From a virus (lineage: Duplodnaviria; Heunggongvirae; Uroviricota; Caudoviricetes): DNA of 7,803 nucleotides. This document shows, in pieces, positions 1 to 5,967 of this stretch. Position numbers and translations under genes: made by a program. Numbering within the stretch: position 1 is the first letter of the stretch; each line of letters opens with the position of its first letter. The notes beneath the pieces are model-generated. The model was not told the origin of the DNA and searched no databases. It worked only from the letters and a program-made list of their open reading frames with translations. Location: the IMG/VR virus record IMGVR_UViG_2711768004_000001; one strand, given 5' to 3'.

Positions 1-34
1 CTCCAATGACTAGTCTAAAAACTAGTATTAAGAC

Positions 35-54
35 TATCACTTATTTAAGTGATA
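35..54. promoter_or_regulatory. 20-bp near-perfect palindrome TATCACTTA-TT-TAAGTGATA (operator-like site) upstream of the endolysin gene
   Basis: Read directly: 9-bp arms TATCACTTA / TAAGTGATA are exact reverse complements, separated by 2 bp, 55 bp upstream of the endolysin ATG. The outer TATCAC/GTGATA hexamers resemble lambdoid repressor/Cro operator half-sites. Two ACTAGT hexamers (9-14, 21-26) lie just upstream. Confidence 0.3.
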
Positions 55-108
55 CTGGTTGTCTGGAGATTCAGGGGGCCAGTCTAGTAAGGCTGCGAGA
101 GGTGAATA

Positions 109-488
109 ATGTCGCCATCATTACGCAAGGCTGTTGCAGTTGCTATTGGTGGCGGGGCTGTTGCTATAGCATCTGTGTTAATCACTGGCCCAGGTGGTAA
201 CGATGGTCTGGAAGGTGTCAGCTACATACTATACAAAGATATCATTGGTGTATGGACTGTATGTCACGGACACACCGGAAAAGACATCATGCCTGGTAAA
301 ACGTATACCGAAGCAGAATGCAAAGCTCTCCTGAATAAAGACCTTGCCACTGTCGCCAGACAAATTAACCCGTACATCAAAGTCGATATACCGGAAACAA
401 CGCGCGGCGCTCTTTACTCGTTCGTTTACAACGTGGGCGCTGGCAATTTCAGAACATCGACGCTTCTTCGCAAAATAAACCAGGGCTA
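109..488 (+). CDS. SAR endolysin (phage lysozyme, T4-lysozyme-like GH24, P21 R-type); 3' end lies inside the N-run
   Basis: RBS GAGAGGTG 5 nt upstream of ATG 109. N-terminal Gly/Ala-rich weakly hydrophobic segment ([20 protein letters not shown]) typical of a signal-arrest-release domain. Catalytic E35 (211-213), D44 (238-240), T50 (256-258) in E-x8-D-x5-T spacing. Overall match to recalled P21 R-like lysozymes. Roughly 40 C-terminal residues are expected inside the gap. Confidence 0.85.
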
Positions 489-767
489 NNNNNNNNNNNN
501 NNNNNNNNNNNNNNNNNNNNNNNNNNNNNNNNNNNNNNNNNNNNNNNNNNNNNNNNNNNNNNNNNNNNNNNNNNNNNNNNNNNNNNNNNNNNNNNNNNNN
601 NNNNNNNNNNNNNNNNNNNNNNNNNNNNNNNNNNNNNNNNNNNNNNNNNNNNNNNNNNNNNNNNNNNNNNNNNNNNNNNNNNNNNNNNNNNNNNNNNNNN
701 NNNNNNNNNNNNNNNNNNNNNNNNNNNNNNNNNNNNNNNNNNNNNNNNNNNNNNNNNNNNNNNNNNN
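489..767. other. Run of 279 N (assembly gap or masked sequence)
   Basis: Contiguous n characters. Hides the endolysin 3' end and the 5' ends of Rz and Rz1. Gap length is probably not the true length. Confidence 0.99.
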
Positions 768-950
768 AAATGCCCTGTGCCATCCTCAGCCGAAACCTCC
801 AGCGCCTCCGGCATGGGCAATGATGCCACCGTCGAACTCTCTCCAGTTGCTGGACGAAACGTTCTCGGTATCCGGGACGGAATCATCAGCGACCAGACAG
901 CATTGAGAATGCTTCAGGAGTACATCAGGATCCAATGCCTTGGGGGGTAG
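768..950 (+). CDS. Rz-like inner-membrane spanin (i-spanin), C-terminal portion; 5' end in N-run
   Basis: Frame ending TAG 948-950 translates ...ASGMGNDATVELSPVAGRNVLGIRDGIISDQTALRMLQEYIRIQCLGG. This is comparable to the lambda Rz C-terminus as recalled (ASGVDNAASPRLADTAERDYFTLRERLITMQKQLEGTQKYINEQCR), including the penultimate Cys. Position directly after the endolysin. Confidence 0.6.
   Translation, partial: KCPVPSSAETSSASGMGNDATVELSPVAGRNVLGIRDGIISDQTALRMLQEYIRIQCLGG
769..906 (+). CDS. Rz1-like outer-membrane lipoprotein spanin (o-spanin), C-terminal proline-rich part, embedded in the +1 frame of Rz
   Basis: +1 frame relative to Rz reads ...CHPQPKPPAPPAWAMMPPSNSL..., stop TGA 904-906. 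Resembles the lambda Rz1 motif KPPPPPAWIMQPP as recalled. Signal peptide and lipobox would be in the gap. Confidence 0.55.
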   Translation, partial: NALCHPQPKPPAPPAWAMMPPSNSLQLLDETFSVSGTESSATRQH

Positions 951-1003
951 CGGTAATTTTACTCATTATCCTTCAAATCAGATTCTGTTGTCAGAGGAAT
1001 GGG

Positions 1004-1030
1004 GGAAGCTGGATTCGCAAGAGCTTTTTA
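1004..1030 (+). terminator. Weak hairpin followed by T-run downstream of Rz (possible intrinsic terminator)
   Basis: AAGCT (1006-1010) pairs with AGCTT (1022-1026), 11-nt loop, followed by TTTTTA (1025-1030). Short stem, so weak. Confidence 0.2.
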
Positions 1031-1038
1031 TGGGCAGT

Positions 1039-1548
1039 TTAGCTAAAAAAAGGCAACACGAAGCTAAAACTACCAACATAAAGTGCTGACCAGCTAGCAG
1101 CTGAAATCAGACTCACTGTATACACTTTCACTGGATGAAGTTGCAACATTCCTGCCACCAAAGGAGCAATATAACGCAGCACGGCGATAAAGCGCGAAGT
1201 GAAAAGTATTGACACAGAGTTATTTTGCAACTGAAGGCGAACCCGTTCTATTGTATTGGAACGGCTTGATATTATACATGCAAGTTGAGGGATATGCCCA
1301 ATTATTATACCAAGATGGTAATTAACGATAGTACCGCACCATGCGCCACTCATGACCGTGATTCCAGCTTCCCATGGTGAAAGAGTCGTCTTGCTGACTG
1401 TAATTACAGTGGCCATCATAATTGATGCTGGTGGCAATATCGCCGAAATGAGTAAAGTGGATTTTGTGAACGCTATTATAAAAAGAAGCCCCCATAGGCG
1501 ATATGGATGAAGTACAAAATAGTTCATCAAAGCATTTATCCACTCCAT
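1039..1548 (-). CDS. DedA/YqaA-family small polytopic inner-membrane protein; reverse-oriented AT-rich moron
   Basis: 169-codon ORF on the minus strand. ATG at 1548-1546 is preceded by AGGA with 9-nt spacing (the track's first codon is TTG at 1551). Stop TAA at 1041-1039. Several hydrophobic segments. Motif FTSRFIAVLRYIAPLVAGM resembles the DedA/YqaA signature (F-x-x-R-F-x-P-x-x-R-x-x-x-P-x-x-AG). Visibly AT-rich versus the flanking phage genes and opposite in orientation to the late operon. Confidence 0.55.
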   Translation of the reverse strand: MEWINALMNYFVLHPYRLWGLLFIIAFTKSTLLISAILPPASIMMATVITVSKTTLSPWEAGITVMSGAWCGTIVNYHLGIIIGHIPQLACIISSRSNTIERVRLQLQNNSVSILFTSRFIAVLRYIAPLVAGMLQLHPVKVYTVSLISAASWSALYVGSFSFVLPFFS

Positions 1549-1601
1549 CAATGTCTTTCCTTCTGTGAATTTTTCTTTGCTATTTAACCGTGATACGACT
1601 T

Positions 1602-1631
1602 AATTTAGGCTTAAACACCTTACATTTACAA
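1602..1631 (-). promoter_or_regulatory. Candidate sigma70-like promoter for the reverse-strand moron
   Basis: On the minus strand: TTGTAA (plus 1631-1626), 18-nt spacer, TAAATT (plus 1607-1602), about 50 nt upstream of the moron ATG. Pattern match only. Confidence 0.15.
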
Positions 1632-1634
1632 GGT

Positions 1635-1673
1635 ACTCCTGTGGGGGGCCCTGCCACGGAGCGTCGCAGGAGT
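1635..1673. repeat. GC-rich inverted repeat (ACTCCTG ... CAGGAGT) enclosing a G/C-rich core; candidate terminase/cos-type site or regulatory hairpin
   Basis: 7-bp arms 1635-1641 and 1667-1673 are exact reverse complements around a 25-nt core (TGGGGGGCCCTGCCACGGAGCGTCG). The core holds an inner CCTGC/GCAGG inverted repeat and a GGGCCC palindrome. It is a GC-rich block in an otherwise AT-rich intergenic region, 70 bp upstream of the small-terminase start. No U-tract on either strand, so not a classic intrinsic terminator. Confidence 0.3.
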
Positions 1674-1745
1674 GAGTGATGAGGAAGAATTAAAGCAACC
1701 TATTGTGACAGGCAGCGATAACAGTAAATCACAGGAAGCATAATC

Positions 1746-2510
1746 ATGGCAAAACCGGACTGGGAGGCCATCGAATCGGCATACCGGGCCGGAGTCCTTA
1801 GCCTCCGTGATATAGGCGAGAAATACGGCGTTACAGAAGGGGCTATCAGGAAGAGGGCCAAAAAGCTTGGTTGGGCACGCAGTGGCGGTACGCAGGTTTG
1901 CAAAAATGGTACGCAAAAAAGGAAAGTGCGTACCAGCAGAAAGCCTGCCATTACTGGCCTTACACAAAAAAGTACGCAACTAAAAACAGAATCTACACCG
2001 GATACGAAACCGATACGCGGAATGCGTACCGATCCCCCGACTAACCCATTCCAACCCGGTAACCAGCAGGCATTAAAACACGGTGGTTATGCCCGTCGCC
2101 TTCTGCTCAAAGATGAGGTGATAGAGGACGCTAAAGCGTTGACGCTCGAGGACGAATTATTTCGCCTTCGTGCTAACAACCTTGTCGCTGCAGAGAATAT
2201 TGGTCGGTGGTTGGTGTCGCTGGAAGATGCTAATGGGGACCAGGAAAGGAAGATGCTGATTGAAAATATCAGCGCCGCCGAGAAAGCAATGATGCGCAAT
2301 ACAGTTCGTATTGAGTCCATCGTTGGCACGCTTGCGACGGTAGGAAAAATATTTGCTGATACAGCCTACCGCAAGGCCGCCACTGATAAGGTGTCTCTGG
2401 AGGCTGATCGTCTTCGCCGTGATGCAGGTATTGATGATGGCAATGGAGAGCGTGACCTCAATGACTTCTACTCTGACATCCAAACCGACGCTGAATCCGG
2501 CTTTACGTAG
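1746..2510 (+). CDS. Terminase small subunit (N-terminal HTH DNA-binding domain)
   Basis: RBS AGGAAG 9 nt upstream of ATG 1746. N-terminus MAKPDWEAIESAYRAGVLSLRDIGEKYGVTEGAIRKRAKKLGW is a typical terminase small-subunit HTH. A basic low-complexity linker follows. Sits immediately upstream of, and overlapping, the large terminase gene. Confidence 0.85.
   Translation: MAKPDWEAIESAYRAGVLSLRDIGEKYGVTEGAIRKRAKKLGWARSGGTQVCKNGTQKRKVRTSRKPAITGLTQKSTQLKTESTPDTKPIRGMRTDPPTNPFQPGNQQALKHGGYARRLLLKDEVIEDAKALTLEDELFRLRANNLVAAENIGRWLVSLEDANGDQERKMLIENISAAEKAMMRNTVRIESIVGTLATVGKIFADTAYRKAATDKVSLEADRLRRDAGIDDGNGERDLNDFYSDIQTDAESGFT
1887..2040. repeat. Cluster of direct and inverted GTACGCA repeats inside the small-terminase gene (candidate pac / terminase recognition site)
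   Basis: GGTACGCA at 1887-1894 and 1908-1915, GTACGCAA at 1972-1979, inverted TGCGTACC at 1927-1934 and 2033-2040. Copies 1908-1915 and 1927-1934 form an 8-bp inverted repeat with an 11-bp A-rich spacer. Confidence 0.3.
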
Positions 2511-3864
2511 TTTCTGGACTATGCGGGCACGTAACAAAGTGCTTTATGGTGGTCGGTCATCGTCAAAATCATGGGATGCCGCTGGCATTGCCATATTTCT
2601 GTCGAATAAATACACCCTGCGTTTTTGTTGTGCCCGTCAGATCCAGAATAAAATCGAAGAGTCGGTGTATACCCTGCTCAAAATTCAGATAGACAGGTTT
2701 GGTCTGCGGCACCGTTTCCGTATTCTGAACAACAAAATCATTAACCGGGTTACTGGCTCGGAATTTGTTTTTTATGGATTATGGCGCAACATCGAAGAAA
2801 TTAAGTCACTGGAGGGGATCGATGTGTTGTGGCTGGAAGAAGCCCACGCACTGACGGAATACCAGTGGAAAATTCTGGAGCCAACGATCCGTAAAGAGGG
2901 TTCGGAATGCTGGTTCATATTCAACCCCGGACTTGTTACTGATTTCGTCTGGCGCAACTTCGTTGTTGATCCGCCCGAAGGCACTCTCATCCGCAAAATT
3001 AACTATGACGAAAATCCGTTTCTGTCTGACACCATGCTTAAGGTTATCGACGCGGCGCGACGCCGTGATCCGGATGGTTTTAAACATGTGTATGAGGGCG
3101 TTCCGGAGTCTGATGATGATGCGGCAATCATCAAACTGTCTTGGATAGAAGCCGCAGTGGATGCGCACAAAACGTTAAATTTCGAACCCAGTGGAAGAAA
3201 GCGTATTGGCTTTGACGTGGCTGACAGTGGTACAGATAAGTGCGCTAACGTTTACCGTCACGGATCCGTTGTTTTCTGGGCCGACGAATGGAAGGCCAAA
3301 GAAGATGAATTACTGAAGAGCTGCCAGCGTACTTATCAGGCGGCGCTGGAGCGTGAAGCAGATATTGTTTACGACTCTATCGGTGTTGGTGCGTCTGCCG
3401 GTGCTAAATTCTCTGAAATTAACGCTGACCGGAAGAGCGAGAACGCATACGCGCGACGTGTGAATTACCAGAGGTTTAACGCCGGTGCTGGTGTGCATGA
3501 GCCAGATGACGAGTACAACGGCATCCCCAACAAAGACTTTTTCGCAAATCTTAAGGCTCAGGCATGGTGGCTGGTGGCTGACCGTTTCAGAAATACGTTT
3601 AACGCCATTAACAACGGAGAACAGTATCCTGTGGATGAGCTGATCAGCATAGATTCTCGTTGTCCGTTGCTTGAAAAGCTGAAACTGGAACTGACAACAC
3701 CTCATCGTGATTTCGACCGTAACGGACGTGTGATGGTCGAAAGTAAAAAAGACCTCGCAAAACGCGAGATACCGTCACCAAACGTTGCTGATGCATTCAT
3801 TATGGCCTTCGCGCCAATCGATACATCGCTGGATATCTGGGAACAGCTGGGGAGACAGGCCTGA
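2461..3864 (+). CDS. Terminase large subunit (Terminase_6/PBSX-like ATPase-nuclease)
   Basis: Long ORF with P-loop-like LYGGRSSSKSW near the N-terminus and later blocks (IKSLEGIDVLWLEEAHALT, WFIFNPG, FVVDPPEG, AIIKLSWIEAAVDAHK) that match recalled P22/Sf6-type large terminases. Start chosen at ATG 2461 (GGAG 2445-2448; N-terminus MTST...). Alternative in-frame ATGs at 2434, 2437 and 2443. The track ORF start at 2353 is probably read-through inside the small-terminase gene. Stop TGA 3862-3864. Confidence 0.88.
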   Translation: MTSTLTSKPTLNPALRSFWTMRARNKVLYGGRSSSKSWDAAGIAIFLSNKYTLRFCCARQIQNKIEESVYTLLKIQIDRFGLRHRFRILNNKIINRVTGSEFVFYGLWRNIEEIKSLEGIDVLWLEEAHALTEYQWKILEPTIRKEGSECWFIFNPGLVTDFVWRNFVVDPPEGTLIRKINYDENPFLSDTMLKVIDAARRRDPDGFKHVYEGVPESDDDAAIIKLSWIEAAVDAHKTLNFEPSGRKRIGFDVADSGTDKCANVYRHGSVVFWADEWKAKEDELLKSCQRTYQAALEREADIVYDSIGVGASAGAKFSEINADRKSENAYARRVNYQRFNAGAGVHEPDDEYNGIPNKDFFANLKAQAWWLVADRFRNTFNAINNGEQYPVDELISIDSRCPLLEKLKLELTTPHRDFDRNGRVMVESKKDLAKREIPSPNVADAFIMAFAPIDTSLDIWEQLGRQA

Positions 3865-5330
3865 TGGCACGAAACAAACAAGCCCTGCGGCGAACTGTGC
3901 AGGCCACAGCTGATGGTTATGAGAATTTTATTGCCCGCGTAGGGATGCAGACACCTAACCAGCACTCAGCATCCACCTACCGGGCTAATTTCACCAGTCG
4001 TAACCGCATGCTGGTGGAATGGTCCTATCGTTCATCCTAGATCATCGGCGAAGCAGTCGATGCTATCCCGGATGATATGACCCGCAAAGGCATTCGCATC
4101 ACTTCGGAAATTGATGCAAAAGATCGTGGCATTCTCGAATCACAACTGGATGAGTTGCAAATCTGGGATGCGCTGAATGACGTGCTGAAATGGTCGCGCC
4201 TCTACGGCGGCGCGGTGGGTTTCATCATGATTGAGGGGTAGGCACCAATGACCCCGCTGCGACCCGAAACCATCGGTAAGGGCAAGTTTAAGGGGATTCT
4301 CCCGCTCGACCGCTGGATGGTCGACCCGGCACTGACCCGCCGCATTAAAGATATGGGGCCGGACCTGGGTAAACCTGAGTTTTACGATGTGGTGACCACA
4401 GCAACGGGAATTCCTGCCTGGCGCATTCATCACAGTCGCCTGATTCGCTTTGATGGCGTCACGTTGCCATTTCAGCAGAAGATGACCGAGAACGAATGGG
4501 GAATGTCGGTTGTAGAGCGTATCTGGGATCGTCTTACCGCGTTCGACAGCGCTACTGTCGGCGCGGCGCAGCTGGTCTACAAGGCGCATTTGCGTACCTA
4601 CAGCGTGGAGAAGCTACGCGAGCTTATCGCACTTGGTGGTCCTGCGTATGAAGCGTTGCTGAAGAATATCGACCTGATTCGACAGTTCCAGAGTAATGAA
4701 GGCATGACGCTCATGGACTCGCGGGATAAGTTTGAAACCCATCAGTACAGCTTCAGTGGTCTGGATGACATCCTTTCGCAGTTTGTAGAACAGATTAGTG
4801 GCGCTGTTGGTATCCCACTGGTGCGGTTGTTCGGACAGTCCCCGAAAGGATTTTCTACCGGTGATGCAGACCTTGCCAACTATTACGATCGCATCAGTTC
4901 GTTGCAGGAGAGGCGTTTACGTCTTCCGGTGCGGCGGATACTGGACATCATGCATCGTTCGGAACTTGGCAAGCCGCTGCCGGACGATTTCACGTTTGAG
5001 TTTAACCCGCTCTGGCAAATGTCTGATGTCGATCGCTCAACGGTGGCGTTAAACACCACCAACGCAATCAGTACGGCGCTGGGTGATGGTCTGATGACAC
5101 TGAAAGCCGCTATGACTGATTTGCGAGAAAATTCTGACGTAACCGGCATCGGGGCATCCATTACCGACGAGGACATCGAGAATGCCGAAGATGAAGCGCC
5201 GCCCGGCATCGGCGAACCTGATGACGAACCGCAGGAGCCGTCAGGCGGAAATCCGGTATCGAACCAGCCTACGCAGGATAGCGAGGGCGGTCGGAGACAT
5301 CGTAAATGGTCGCTACGATGGTTCAAATGA
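3864..5330 (+). pseudogene. Portal protein gene interrupted by two in-frame TAG codons (intact ORF remnant 4248-5330)
   Basis: ATG 3864 overlaps the terminase stop (TGATG). A single frame is readable from 3864 to 5330, with TAG at 4038-4040 and TAG at 4239-4241 as the only stops. Translation continues sensibly through both (…EWSYRSS*IIGEAVDAIPDD… and …FIMIEG*APMTPLRPE…). Acidic C-terminal tail. Position between large terminase and the Mu-F-like gene fits a portal. Confidence 0.75.
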
Positions 5331-5964
5331 CAGTATCACGGAAATTATTGCGGCGCTGGAGCGTTACAGTGAAATCATCACCCCCTGGGCGACAAAGGTC
5401 GCGGAAAACTTTACTGCGGACCTAACCCGGCAGAACGAGAAAGTTTGGCGGCAACACAGCAAGAACATCAGTCGCGAGCTCCGCAATCTTGTGGAAAGCG
5501 CTCCTGTGGGCCAGGTGATGCAATCCATCATCGCCGAACAGGTCAAGTACATCAAATCTCTGCCTCTCGAGGCCGCAGACAGGGTGTACGACATCCAGAA
5601 CAAAGCGATAGAGGCTGTTGTCACCGGTGGTCGGGCGGAGCAGTTTGCTAAAGAGATTGCATCTACCGGCGATGTTGCTAAGTCTAGGGCCGATCTGATT
5701 GCCCGAACGGAACTGGGAAGAGCAACGGGCGCGCTGGATATGGCCCGAGCGATAGCTATTGGCTCGGATGGTTATATTTGGCGTACAGCCGATGATGGCG
5801 ATGTCCGAGATTCCCACGATCACATGAAAGGTAAATTCGTCCGCTGGGATTCACCTCCAACTTTGGACGGCATGACCGGCCACGCGGGCGAGCTGCCAAA
5901 CTGCCGCTGCTATAAAGAGATCGTGTTTGTTCGCGTTCCATTCGCAATGAAAAGGGCAGCATAA
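5182..5964 (+). CDS. Head morphogenesis protein (phage Mu F-like / SPP1 gp7 family minor head protein)
   Basis: RBS GAGGA 8 nt upstream of ATG 5182. C-terminal region DDGDVRDSHDHMKGKFVRWDSPP...PNCRC is typical of the Mu F/gp7 family. Follows the portal. Overlaps the portal 3' end by 149 nt; an alternative ATG at 5221 exists. Confidence 0.8.
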   Translation: MPKMKRRPASANLMTNRRSRQAEIRYRTSLRRIARAVGDIVNGRYDGSNDSITEIIAALERYSEIITPWATKVAENFTADLTRQNEKVWRQHSKNISRELRNLVESAPVGQVMQSIIAEQVKYIKSLPLEAADRVYDIQNKAIEAVVTGGRAEQFAKEIASTGDVAKSRADLIARTELGRATGALDMARAIAIGSDGYIWRTADDGDVRDSHDHMKGKFVRWDSPPTLDGMTGHAGELPNCRCYKEIVFVRVPFAMKRAA

Positions 5965-5967
5965 CCC

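Noticed and set aside
9-26. Two ACTAGT (SpeI) hexamers 12 bp apart as a synthetic linker
   Set aside because: No three-frame stop design and no other vector-like sequence. More likely a natural short palindromic repeat in a regulatory spacer.
6-200. 64-aa ORF (+) overlapping the endolysin start
   Set aside because: Cys/Trp-rich translation, no RBS, overlaps the well-supported endolysin gene in another frame and spans the palindromic non-coding region. Likely spurious.
229-886. Minus-strand ORFs 229-783 and 449-886 spanning the N-run
   Set aside because: Antisense to the endolysin and spanins and held open only by untranslatable N codons.
109-906. Track ORF of 265 aa running through the N-run
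   Set aside because: Artifact. N codons translate as X and join the endolysin frame to the Rz1 frame, which happen to share a phase. The real genes are separate (endolysin, Rz, Rz1).
1322-1543. 73-aa minus-strand ORF inside the DedA-like gene in another frame
   Set aside because: Alternative-frame overlap with a better-supported ORF. No RBS and not membrane-protein-like.
1626-1979. Minus-strand ORFs 1626-1979 and 1700-1951
   Set aside because: Antisense to the 5' part of the small-terminase gene, crossing the GC-rich repeat. No start context. Spurious.
2353-2460. N-terminal extension of the large-terminase ORF back to ATG 2353
   Set aside because: It would overlap the small-terminase gene by 158 nt, and the translation (MLIQPTARPPLIRCLWRLIVFAV...) is not terminase-like. 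Start at 2461 (or 2434-2443) is preferred.
2087-3965. Minus-strand and alternate-frame ORFs within terminase genes (2087-2329, 2157-2537, 2772-2996, 2806-3168, 2933-3148, 3310-3705, 3702-3965)
   Set aside because: All are antisense or out-of-frame overlaps of strongly supported terminase and portal coding sequence, with low-complexity or odd composition.
4140-4589. 149-aa minus-strand ORF across the second portal amber codon
   Set aside because: Antisense to portal coding sequence, Arg/His-rich translation typical of antisense GC-rich ORFs. It does not explain the region better than a damaged portal.
3864-5330. Genetic-code reassignment of TAG to explain the portal amber codons
   Set aside because: No other gene in the window has an in-frame TAG, and the host context is enterobacterial with standard code. 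Nonsense mutation is far more likely.
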